Shown here: piece by piece, positions 46,491-54,608 of the stretch
How positions within the stretch are numbered: position 1 is the first letter of the stretch
How the letters are laid out: each line of letters opens with the position of its first letter
Origin: Fidelibacterota bacterium
GTDB taxonomy: Bacteria > Fidelibacterota > SORT01
Assembly: GCA_022567655.1 (NCBI GenBank)
Contig: JADFGO010000001.1
Location: forward strand, 1 to 54,608
Reading direction: 5' to 3'
DNA length: 54,608 bases
Translations under genes and position numbers: made by a program
The notes under the pieces: model-generated
Told to the model about the DNA's origin: nothing
Database searches by the model: none
The model's input: only the letters and a program-made list of their open reading frames with translations

Positions 46491-48419
46491 TTAGTTTTTC
46501 GGGTCTACCTCCTCAAAATCAGCCTCTTCAACCTCTTCTTCGGCTTTGGCTTTAGATTCACCCTTTTTCTCTTCTTCAACGTCCGGAGCCGTTTCCTGCT
46601 CCTTATATTGATCATATAATTCAGAGGAAATTTCGCTCCAAAGTGTATTCATGTCATCAGACGCTGATTTTATCTCTTCTTGATCGGTTCCTTCGAGCGC
46701 TTTTTGCAATCTGTCACGCGCCGCACCAAGCTTTGCTTTCGAATCTTCACTTAGTTTTGCATCCATTTCCTTCAGATTTTTTTCAGTCTGGTAAACAAGT
46801 TGGTCTGCGCTGTTTCTCAGATCTATCTCTTCGCGCTTTTTCTTATCATCCGATTCGTGGCTCTTCGCATCATCAACCATCTTCTGAATTTCCTCTTCTG
46901 ACAGACCGCTTGACGCTTCAATCCTTATGCTTTGCTCTTTATCGGTAGCCTTATCTTTTGCAGCAACATGCAGGATACCATTCGCGTCTATATCAAACTC
47001 GACCTCTATCTGGGGCACCCCTCTCTGCGCAGGCGGGATTCCTTCAAGATGAAATCTTCCTATAGTTCTGTTATTTACAGCCATATCTCTTTCACCTTGA
47101 AGAACGTGTATCTCAACACTGGTCTGATTTTCCGACGCTGTTGAGAATATTTCCGATTTCTGAGTGGGAATTGTAGTATTCTTTTCTATTAATTTTGTGA
47201 ATACACCGCCCAGAGTCTCTATACCGAGTGAAAGGGGCGTTACGTCCATCAGCAGCACGTCGGTCACGTCACCGGTAAGTATTCCACCCTGAATAGCCGC
47301 TCCGACCGCTACCACTTCATCTGCGTTGACTCCCCTGTTCGGTTCCTTACCAAAAAGCTCTTTGACAACTTCCTGAACTTTTGGAATCCTTGTCGAACCA
47401 CCGACCAGTACCACTTCGTCAATATCGGAAGTTTTCAATTTTGCATCCTTCAAGGCGTTGACACACGGAGCCTTCAGATTCTCGAGGTTGTCGTCAATCA
47501 ACTCTTCAAACTTCGCCTGGGTCAAGTCGATGTTAAGATGTTTCGGTCCCGCCGAGTCGGCAGTTATAAACGGCAAATTAATTGTAGTTTTCGAGCTGCT
47601 CGACAGTTCGATCTTCGCTTTTTCAGCTGCTTCCTTCAAGCGTTGCAGAGCCATCGGATCCGCCGAAAGATCAATCCCCTCCTGTTTTTTGAACTCATCG
47701 ACAAGCCAGAGAATAATCTTTTGGTCGAAATCATCTCCGCCCAAATGCGTGTCCCCGCTGGTTGATAGTACTTCAAATGTTCCTATCTCGGGGTCCAACT
47801 GCAAGATAGATATATCGAATGTGCCTCCGCCGAGATCAAAGACCGCTATTTTCTCATCTTTTCTGTCGCCTTCTTTCTTATCGAGACCATAAGCCAGTGA
47901 AGCGGCTGTCGGTTCGTTTATGATCCTCTTTACGTCAAGACCCGCAATCTTACCCGCATCCTTCGTAGACTGACGCTGTGCATCATTAAAATATGCCGGA
48001 ACAGTTATGACGGCTTCCGTAACCTTTTCTCCAAGGTAATCTTCCGCCGTCTGTTTCATCTTTTGCAGCACCATAGCGCTTAATTCGGGGGGAGAATACT
48101 CCTTATCGTCAATTTTCACACGGGCTAATCCTTCCTTCCCTTTAACGACTTTATACGGAACTTGCTTGATTTCCTCTTTTACTTCCGAGTATTTTCTGCC
48201 CATAAATCTTTTAATCGAAAAAATAGTGTGTTCCGGATTGGTGATTGCCTGTCTCTTCGCAGCTTGACCCACTAATCGTTCACCGTCTTTGGTGAACGCC
48301 AACACAGACGGTGTTGTCCGTGACCCTTCCGAATTTGTGATAACTTTTGCCTCGCTGCCTTCCATTACCGCCACGCACGAGTTAGTGGTTCCAAGATCAA
48401 TTCCTATTATCTTACTCAT
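46491..48419 (-). CDS. dnaK: Hsp70 chaperone DnaK
   Basis: [17 protein letters not shown] and [10 protein letters not shown] motifs, acidic C-terminal tail. Confidence 0.98.
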   Translation of the reverse strand: MSKIIGIDLGTTNSCVAVMEGSEAKVITNSEGSRTTPSVLAFTKDGERLVGQAAKRQAITNPEHTIFSIKRFMGRKYSEVKEEIKQVPYKVVKGKEGLARVKIDDKEYSPPELSAMVLQKMKQTAEDYLGEKVTEAVITVPAYFNDAQRQSTKDAGKIAGLDVKRIINEPTAASLAYGLDKKEGDRKDEKIAVFDLGGGTFDISILQLDPEIGTFEVLSTSGDTHLGGDDFDQKIILWLVDEFKKQEGIDLSADPMALQRLKEAAEKAKIELSSSSKTTINLPFITADSAGPKHLNIDLTQAKFEELIDDNLENLKAPCVNALKDAKLKTSDIDEVVLVGGSTRIPKVQEVVKELFGKEPNRGVNADEVVAVGAAIQGGILTGDVTDVLLMDVTPLSLGIETLGGVFTKLIEKNTTIPTQKSEIFSTASENQTSVEIHVLQGERDMAVNNRTIGRFHLEGIPPAQRGVPQIEVEFDIDANGILHVAAKDKATDKEQSIRIEASSGLSEEEIQKMVDDAKSHESDDKKKREEIDLRNSADQLVYQTEKNLKEMDAKLSEDSKAKLGAARDRLQKALEGTDQEEIKSASDDMNTLWSEISSELYDQYKEQETAPDVEEEKKGESKAKAEEEVEEADFEEVDPKN

Positions 48420-48516
48420 ATTAAAATTCCTCCTTTTTGCAAATAATCCAAGTCGCAGTTATCCTTTTGACCATATACAATGCAAGATACGTACCAATAA
48501 GGCAGAAAAGAGGTTA

Positions 48517-48547
48517 AGATGTTGATAATTCAGAATATACGTTCAAG
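48517..48547 (-). promoter_or_regulatory. Candidate heat-shock (sigma-32-like) promoter upstream of dnaK
   Basis: Minus strand reads CTTGAAC-N16-CAACATCT, compared with the E. coli-type CTTGAA-N13-17-CCCCATNT. The -35 is exact and the -10 is partial. Confidence 0.25.
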
Positions 48548-48570
48548 AACCACTGATATTCTGTTTACTG

Positions 48571-48593
48571 ATATATGCCATTATGGCATATAT
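48571..48593. promoter_or_regulatory. Perfect 10-bp inverted repeat (candidate operator or htrA transcript-end hairpin)
   Basis: atatatgcca-tta-tggcatatat. It lies 10 nt after the htrA stop and about 150 nt upstream of the dnaK ATG. No U-tract follows it on the minus strand. Confidence 0.45.
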
Positions 48594-48602
48594 TGCTGTC
48601 TG

Positions 48603-50054
48603 TTAGTCACCCCAATAGCGTAAAGCAACAAAATTTCTGTTGTTCCGGCGGATAATCCGGAGCAGTATTATCTCGCCTTCTTTCACTTTATCGAGCTTCC
48701 GTTCAAATTCGCTTACACTACCGATCGGCGTGCCGTTAAGAGACTCTATTATATCCCCCTTTTGAATAAACTTCTCCGCAGCGGCGCTGCGTCTTTTGAC
48801 TTTTGCAACCATGACTCCCTCCTTGGAATCATTTCTAATCGCAATGAGAGGATTCCATCCCACTCCCGCATTCGACCTATTCTCAAGCAGAAGACCCAAA
48901 ACCGGTTTATCCCTTTTATCATCCGATTTACTTGCTGACGGCTTGGATTTTATTTCCCTCTCCCTCAGGACCACTGAAATCTTTTTAGCCCTCCCTCCTC
49001 TGACCACCGTCAGAAGGATTTTCTCACGCGGAGCGTAGCCCGCTATTACCGCCTGAAGTGCGTTTGCCCTGTCAACGCTTTTCCCGTCAACATGCGTGAT
49101 TACATCTCCGATTTTAAGATCCGATTTCTCTGCTGCTCCGCCCTGAACGAAGTTGTTTACGATTACTCCTCTGACTCCATCTAATTTGAGATACTCCGCA
49201 AGGTCTTCATCCACGTTTCCTATGTTGATACCGATATAACCGCGGCGCACCTCGCCGAATTCCATGAGATCGTCCATGACATGACGGGCTAAATTAGAAG
49301 GTATTGCGAATCCGTAACCCGCATATACGCCTGTACGGCTTGCGATTGCGGTGTTTACACCTATAACCTTACCGCTTGTGTCGATCAACGGACCGCCGCT
49401 GTTTCCCGGGTTTATGACCGCGTCTGTCTGGATGAAATTTTCAACGGCATATCCTCTTGTCGGCGCACTCAGATCCCTTCCAACTATGTTAATATCCCTG
49501 CCCTTGGCGCTGACGATTCCGGCAGTGACCGTTGCTTCAAGTCCGAGAGGGCTTCCCAATGCTATCACCCAGTCGCCTATCTTTGATAGGTCTGAGTCTG
49601 CGAAATCTACCGGAATTAAATTATCCGCATCTATCTTGAGAAGGGCAAGGTCTGTCAGGGAATCAAGACCGACTATTTTCGCTCTGTAGACCTTATGATT
49701 AAGAAACGTCACTTTGAGCCGCTCCGCCCCGGCGACCACATGATGATTTGTTAATATATAACCGTCAGTTGTTACGACAAAACCCGATCCGCCCCCTACT
49801 CTGGGTATTTCATCATCAAATTCGCCGTCTCTGTCATCCCGAAATAGATGAAATTGACGCAAGTCTGAGGTTTTGACTAATCTTATAGATTCTATGCTGA
49901 CCACAGATTTCAAAGCTTTTTCTGCCGTCTTTGAAAAAGAATTATCCGGTCCTATCTGTGCCGTTAATACAGCTGTCTTTAACAGAAAGGTTATCGCGAT
50001 TGCAAAGACCGCGCAGGAAATTAATCTTCGTTTTCCGATTATACCATTATTCAT
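48603..50054 (-). CDS. htrA: HtrA/DegP-family periplasmic serine protease with two PDZ domains
   Basis: Catalytic triad context TNHHVV, DLALLKI and GNSGGPL. Two C-terminal PDZ-like segments. Confidence 0.95.
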   Translation of the reverse strand: MNNGIIGKRRLISCAVFAIAITFLLKTAVLTAQIGPDNSFSKTAEKALKSVVSIESIRLVKTSDLRQFHLFRDDRDGEFDDEIPRVGGGSGFVVTTDGYILTNHHVVAGAERLKVTFLNHKVYRAKIVGLDSLTDLALLKIDADNLIPVDFADSDLSKIGDWVIALGSPLGLEATVTAGIVSAKGRDINIVGRDLSAPTRGYAVENFIQTDAVINPGNSGGPLIDTSGKVIGVNTAIASRTGVYAGYGFAIPSNLARHVMDDLMEFGEVRRGYIGINIGNVDEDLAEYLKLDGVRGVIVNNFVQGGAAEKSDLKIGDVITHVDGKSVDRANALQAVIAGYAPREKILLTVVRGGRAKKISVVLREREIKSKPSASKSDDKRDKPVLGLLLENRSNAGVGWNPLIAIRNDSKEGVMVAKVKRRSAAAEKFIQKGDIIESLNGTPIGSVSEFERKLDKVKEGEIILLRIIRRNNRNFVALRYWGD

Positions 50055-50093
50055 CGTTATCTCCTTCGGGGAAGTGAATCAGTTACTATTTAT

Positions 50094-50777
50094 CTAATGC
50101 CTTTGCCTTAAAATCAACAATCTGACTAACTGTGAGGCCGCAACAGCCGCGGCGGCTACATACGTCATCGCGGCGGCGTTAAGAACCGCCTTGGCTCCTT
50201 CTGAATCTTCCCGTGTGATGTAACCTCCGCTGTCAAGTTGGGCAAGCGCTCTTTTGCTTGCGTTGAACTCCACCGGAAGCGTCACAAGTTGGAATATCAG
50301 AGTAGCGGCAAATAATACAATTCCGACGTCTATCAGCTGCGGAATCGCCAGGATCATTCCGGCGAGGAAGAGCCAGATCCAGGTAGTCGATCCCAGCCTG
50401 GCAACCGGATAAAACGCATGCCGTAATTTCAACGGAGTATAGTCCGTATTATCCTGTATGGCGTGTCCCACTTCATGTGCGGCTACTCCAATTGAGGCGA
50501 CTGAGCTGCCGTTGAAATTCAAACTGGACAATCTAACCTTTCGCGCCTTCGGATCGTAATGGTCCGTCAAGTTTCCCTGAATCTCTTCAACCTCGACGTC
50601 AGTGATATTATTACGTTCGAGCAGGCTTTTCGCTATCTGAGAACCGCTCACACCGGACTTCGAGGGTATTTTGCTGTATTTTTTAAACGTGCTTTTTACC
50701 TTCCATTGAGCGGCAAGAGCAAAAAGCAGCGCCGGTATGAGAAGCAACATCGTTGAGTCCCAAAAAAAGAACGGCAT
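50094..50777 (-). CDS. Membrane zinc metallopeptidase (YugP / Zn_peptidase_2-like)
   Basis: 227 aa. HEVGHAIQ (HExxH), N-terminal and C-terminal TM helices. Confidence 0.8.
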   Translation of the reverse strand: MPFFFWDSTMLLLIPALLFALAAQWKVKSTFKKYSKIPSKSGVSGSQIAKSLLERNNITDVEVEEIQGNLTDHYDPKARKVRLSSLNFNGSSVASIGVAAHEVGHAIQDNTDYTPLKLRHAFYPVARLGSTTWIWLFLAGMILAIPQLIDVGIVLFAATLIFQLVTLPVEFNASKRALAQLDSGGYITREDSEGAKAVLNAAAMTYVAAAAVAASQLVRLLILRQRH

Positions 50778-50871
50778 TTAATCTCTCCTTATTCTTTTAA
50801 ACATCATTCCCGGATATAATTCATCATTTGTAAAACGAGTATCCCGATATTTCGTTTATTCTTCCCAAATT

Positions 50872-50900
50872 AAAAACCCGACGACTTATATGCCATCGGG
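50872..50900 (-). terminator. Rho-independent terminator after clpC
   Basis: Minus strand reads cccga-N14-tcggg followed by TTTTTAATTT. Confidence 0.6.
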
Positions 50901-50922
50901 TTAATTTACGCAAAAAACCCTT

Positions 50923-53418
50923 TTAAGTTACAGGATCCTCTTTCACCTTGCTGTCTTTTTTCACCAAATTCTTTACTTTATCACGGGTTACTTTCTTGCG
51001 GTCGACTTCAGAAAAAGTCAATTCTCCCTTAGATACCGCAACTTTTACGATACTCCCCTCAGAAAATACTCCCGAGAGCAGACGTTCGGCAATAGGATCC
51101 TCAAGTTCCTTTTCGATCGTCCGTCTCATTGGACGTGCGCCCATATCCCTGTTATATCCTTTCTCCAACAAATGAGATTTGACCGCTCTTGATAAGCGTA
51201 GTTCTAACTGACGGCTGAGTAATCTTTCCCGAATTTCTTCGATCATAATATCTATGATCTGCATTACGCTATCACGGTCGAGCTCTTTAAAGGAGACGAC
51301 TTCGTCTATCCTGTTCAAGAATTCCGGGTTAAATATCTTTTTTGCTTCCTCTATTACCTTCTTTTTAATCTCTTCATTGCGAGACTTCTTGTCTTCTTTG
51401 CCGAATCCAAGATTCTTTGACCGCAGCAACCTACCGCCTATATTGGACGTGAGAATTAGAATCGTGTTCCTAAAATCGACTTTCCTTCCGAAACTATCTG
51501 TCAGCGAACCGTCATCAAGAATTTGGAGTAATATGTTGAAGATATCGTAATGAGCCTTCTCGATCTCGTCGAAGAGCACCACCGAGTATGGACGCCGCCT
51601 CACCTTTTCGGTCAGGTCTCCTCCCTCTTCGTATCCTACGTATCCCGGAGGAGCGCCGACAAGTCTTGAAACGCTGAATTTCTCCATATATTCCGACATG
51701 TCAATACGGATGAAGGACTCGTCATCCTGAAACAGATATTTTGCGAGGACTTTTGCGAGCTCGGTCTTTCCTACTCCCGTAGGACCAAGAAATATGAAAG
51801 AGCCGATCGGCCGGCTTGGATCCTTTAGTCCCGCTCTCGCCCTGCGAATCGATCTCGATAGGTGACTTATCACCTCGTCCTGTCCGACTATTTTTTTCTT
51901 AAGTTCCTCTTCGATTTTCTTAAGTTTTTCAAATTCCGATTCCGCAACCCTGTTTACAGGGATACCGGTCATAACCGAGACGACATCGGCGATGTCATCT
52001 TCGGTAACCTCAACAAGATTATTTTCCTGTTCTTGATCCCAAGCCTTCCTGTGCAAATTCAGTTCGTCAGTCAGTTTCCGTTCGGTGTCGCGAATCTCGG
52101 CGGCTTTTTCGAAATTCTGAGTTTTTACCACTTCTTCCTTACGTTTCCGGAGCGCATCGATCTTGCCTTCAAGTTTTACCACTTCTTCCGGAACAATTAT
52201 GTTCGACAGATGAACACGTGAGCCGGTCTCGTCCATTACGTCAATTGCCTTATCGGGCAGATACTTGTCGGTTATATATCTTTCGCTGAGTTTTACGGCG
52301 GCTTCAAGCGCCTTATCAGAATACTTTACATGGTGGTGATCTTCGTATCTGGATTTCAATCCATTCAATATCTTCAGAGATTCTTCAACCGTAGGAGGGT
52401 TTACCATAATCTTTTGGAATCTTCTTTCAAGGGCGCCGTCTTTTTCGATGTATTTTCTGTACTCATCGAGTGTGGTTGCCCCTATACATTGAATCTCACC
52501 TCTTGCAAGAGCGGGCTTGAACATATTTGAAGCGTCGAGCGAACCGGAAGCGGCGCCGGCGCCGACTATAGTGTGCAATTCATCTATGAAAAGTATGATA
52601 TCTTTACTTTTCTCAAGTTCGTTCATAATAGCCTTCATTCTTTCTTCAAACTGACCGCGGTACTTCGTCCCCGCTACCATTGATGAAAGATCAAGGGTCA
52701 CAACCTTTTTATCGAACAGGACTCTCGGGACCAACTTTTCGATTATCCGAAGAGCGAGCCCTTCAGCAATCGCTGTTTTACCCACACCGGGTTCGCCTAT
52801 CAGTACCGGATTGTTTTTCTTCCTGCGGGAGAGTATCTGCGACACCCTCTCTATCTCCTTCTCACGCCCGATCACCGGATCAAGTTTTCCTTCCAAAGCC
52901 ATTTTGGTAATATCGGTTCCGAAATGATCAAGGGCGGGTGTTTTTGCGTCTTTCTTCGACTGTATTGGAGAAATATCCTCCGATCCCTCAAGAATCCGCT
53001 CGAGTTCACTGTAAATCAGGTCGTAATCGACTCCGAGAGTTCCCAGCACTTCCGACGCAACGCTGTCAACCTCCTCGGCAATCGCAAGCAACAGGTGCTC
53101 ACTGTCTATGATATCCGATTTAAAACTTTTCGCTTCTTGATAAGTGGATTTTAATATCTTCTCCGCCCGCTTCGTCAGCGGAAGATTACCGAGAGTCATC
53201 GTACCGCCGGAGGTGCGTACTGCGTCTTCCAGAGAACGTTTCAGCTCGTCCAATTCAACGCCAAGATTGGTAAGCACCTCAATTGCAAGCCCGTCACCCT
53301 GCCTGATTATTCCAAGCAGCAAATGTTCCGCACCGATGTAATTATGCCCGAGCCTTAATGCCTCTTCCCGGGAAAATTGAATGACCATCTGCACTCGTTT
53401 GGAAAAATTATTTTTCAA
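50923..53418 (-). CDS. clpC: ClpC-type AAA+ ATPase (Clp protease ATP-binding subunit)
   Basis: 831 aa. Double Clp_N repeat, Walker A motifs GEPGVGKT and GPTGVGKT, short UVR-like linker ([14 protein letters not shown]). TTG start with AAGGAG 11 nt upstream. Confidence 0.95.
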   Translation of the reverse strand: MKNNFSKRVQMVIQFSREEALRLGHNYIGAEHLLLGIIRQGDGLAIEVLTNLGVELDELKRSLEDAVRTSGGTMTLGNLPLTKRAEKILKSTYQEAKSFKSDIIDSEHLLLAIAEEVDSVASEVLGTLGVDYDLIYSELERILEGSEDISPIQSKKDAKTPALDHFGTDITKMALEGKLDPVIGREKEIERVSQILSRRKKNNPVLIGEPGVGKTAIAEGLALRIIEKLVPRVLFDKKVVTLDLSSMVAGTKYRGQFEERMKAIMNELEKSKDIILFIDELHTIVGAGAASGSLDASNMFKPALARGEIQCIGATTLDEYRKYIEKDGALERRFQKIMVNPPTVEESLKILNGLKSRYEDHHHVKYSDKALEAAVKLSERYITDKYLPDKAIDVMDETGSRVHLSNIIVPEEVVKLEGKIDALRKRKEEVVKTQNFEKAAEIRDTERKLTDELNLHRKAWDQEQENNLVEVTEDDIADVVSVMTGIPVNRVAESEFEKLKKIEEELKKKIVGQDEVISHLSRSIRRARAGLKDPSRPIGSFIFLGPTGVGKTELAKVLAKYLFQDDESFIRIDMSEYMEKFSVSRLVGAPPGYVGYEEGGDLTEKVRRRPYSVVLFDEIEKAHYDIFNILLQILDDGSLTDSFGRKVDFRNTILILTSNIGGRLLRSKNLGFGKEDKKSRNEEIKKKVIEEAKKIFNPEFLNRIDEVVSFKELDRDSVMQIIDIMIEEIRERLLSRQLELRLSRAVKSHLLEKGYNRDMGARPMRRTIEKELEDPIAERLLSGVFSEGSIVKVAVSKGELTFSEVDRKKVTRDKVKNLVKKDSKVKEDPVT

Positions 53419-53678
53419 GTATCAGCTTTCTCCTTAAAGTCAGTTCAATCTCTTTGGTGTTTTTAGTCTGGCTGTACTTCTTATTACACCTGTTTAAGGT
53501 AATCTCAATTTCCATGATAGTCAAGTGTTTAAACCGCCTGATACAGCAAAATTTAGCCTAAATTCCATTTCCTTCTCTCGTTTCACATCCATCCCCCTAC
53601 TTCTTTATTAACGGCACGATCCTTAAATATGTTCACTGTTTTGCGGAAATATATTTTTGGGTTTTCCGGAACAATCTA

Positions 53679-54368
53679 TTATTCTTTAATATATCCATCT
53701 ACCAGACGAATAATTCTATCCGTTTTATTTGCGAGTTCTTCATTATGCGTCACTATCAAGAAGGTTTGCTGATTTTCTTCCCTCAGTTTCCAGATTAACT
53801 CATACATCTCTTCGGCGTTCTCTCTGTCGAGATTTCCTGTGGGTTCATCGGCAAGTATCAGCTTGGGATCATTTACTATTGCGCGCGCAATGGCGACGCG
53901 CTGCCGCTCTCCTCCGGAAAGTTCTGAAGGTTTGTGCGATCCCCTTTTGGAGAGCCCGACGTCGTTCAAAAGGCTCGTCGTCCGCTCGTGGATCATCTCT
54001 TTCGGCTTGCCGGCTAATAGTGCCGGAAGCATCACGTTCTCGAATGCAGAGAGTTCCGGAAGAAGGTGGTGAAACTGGAATATAAATCCGATAGTGGAAT
54101 TTCGAAATTCGGCGAGCTCATCATCATTTTTCGAAAAGAGATCTTCGCCATTAATTAAAACTTCTCCCGATGACGGTCTATCGAGCGCGCCGATTAGATT
54201 CAGCAGAGTACTCTTTCCAACTCCCGACGGTCCGACTATAGCTACAATTTCGCCCCTGGAAACTCCGATGGAAACTCCCCTCAGCACCTCCACTTCGCCT
54301 CCGGAAGAAAAATAAGTTTTTCTTAGATCCCTGGTCAACAGTATGACGTTGTTTGCGCTGTCACTCAT
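53679..54368 (-). CDS. lolD: LolD-like ABC transporter ATP-binding protein
   Basis: [26 protein letters not shown] and [12 protein letters not shown] motifs. Start moved to the ATG at 54368 (MSDSANNV), which overlaps the permease stop by 8 nt. Confidence 0.85.
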   Translation of the reverse strand: MSDSANNVILLTRDLRKTYFSSGGEVEVLRGVSIGVSRGEIVAIVGPSGVGKSTLLNLIGALDRPSSGEVLINGEDLFSKNDDELAEFRNSTIGFIFQFHHLLPELSAFENVMLPALLAGKPKEMIHERTTSLLNDVGLSKRGSHKPSELSGGERQRVAIARAIVNDPKLILADEPTGNLDRENAEEMYELIWKLREENQQTFLIVTHNEELANKTDRIIRLVDGYIKE

Positions 54369-54608
54369 ATCTGATCGCCTCAACCGGAAGTAGATTTGCT
54401 GCCTTGCGGGCAGGGTATAGAGTCGCCAATAATCCAAGGAGCGCTGACAGCAGCGCGATGGAAATCAATTCGATCAGGGAGAGTTCTACAGGCAGAACGC
54501 TGATGAAATATACGTCCGAAGGGAGTTTCAATATTCCGTATTCACCCTGGAGGTAAACAAGGGTTACTCCCATCAGAAGTCCCACAGCGATTCCTATAAC
54601 TCCAGAAA
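54361..54608 (-). CDS. LolC/LolE-family (FtsX-like) permease, C-terminal fragment (5' end outside window)
   Basis: The frame is open to the window edge. The C-terminus ...[26 protein letters not shown] is typical of LolC/E. Confidence 0.8.
   Translation of the reverse strand, partial: SGVIGIAVGLLMGVTLVYLQGEYGILKLPSDVYFISVLPVELSLIELISIALLSALLGLLATLYPARKAANLLPVEAIRYE

Noticed and set aside
50889-50897. The 9-mer tggcatata is shared between the clpC terminator loop and the dnaK-upstream palindrome. Could it be a common operator half-site?
   Set aside because: A single 9-mer coincidence is expected by chance at roughly 0.4 occurrences in about 109 kb of two-strand sequence. The second half-site is missing at 50.9 kb.
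1-54608. A search for mobile elements, prophage, toxin-antitoxin, restriction-modification or other defence systems.
   Set aside because: I recognised no integrase, transposase, recombinase, phage structural, methyltransferase/restriction or known defence-domain proteins in any frame. AddAB and MoxR are housekeeping-type here.

Overview
This is a gene-dense 54.6-kb chromosomal segment from a diderm bacterium. I call about 46 CDS, and all but one are on the minus strand. The lineage cannot be fixed from sequence alone. A short RpoD-type sigma factor, a Bat/MoxR module, a GldA/F/G-like ABC module and strong GGAGG Shine-Dalgarno sites suggest an FCB-superphylum-like organism, but that is inference.

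The content is mostly housekeeping:
- Envelope biogenesis: Omp85 barrel, TPR-SPOR protein, LapA/LapB, M23 peptidase, TamB/TamA, LolD/LolC-E.
- tRNA and amino-acid metabolism: miaB, then a serB/serC-type/serA/gatB/thrC operon, plus nadC.
- An ECF sigma/anti-sigma pair with two LTXXQ (Spy/CpxP-like) periplasmic proteins.
- AddA and AddB helicase-nucleases.
- An operon joining MoxR, DUF58 and a BatD-like protein to a GldA/F/G-like ABC transporter and DUF4340.
- A proteostasis block: clpB, dnaK, htrA, a Zn-peptidase and clpC.

I found no rRNA, intact tRNA, CRISPR array, transposase, integrase or recognisable defence system.

The least ordinary items are:
1. An exported lipoprotein with a protein-kinase-like catalytic signature, next to a POTRA-less Omp85 barrel.
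2. Three ORF-free intergenic regions packed with short hairpin modules. One holds a 152-bp tandem repeat whose unit junctions form a perfect tRNA T-arm-like hairpin.
3. The translationally coupled MoxR/DUF58/BatD-like plus ABC/GldG/DUF4340 operon.
4. An AddAB pair in which both subunits carry Cys-flanked nuclease domains, split by a terminator and an opposite-strand gene.

All family assignments come from motifs I recognise in the translations, not from database searches. Start codons are often non-ATG, so 5' ends are less certain than 3' ends, and small-feature coordinates may be off by 1-2 nt.
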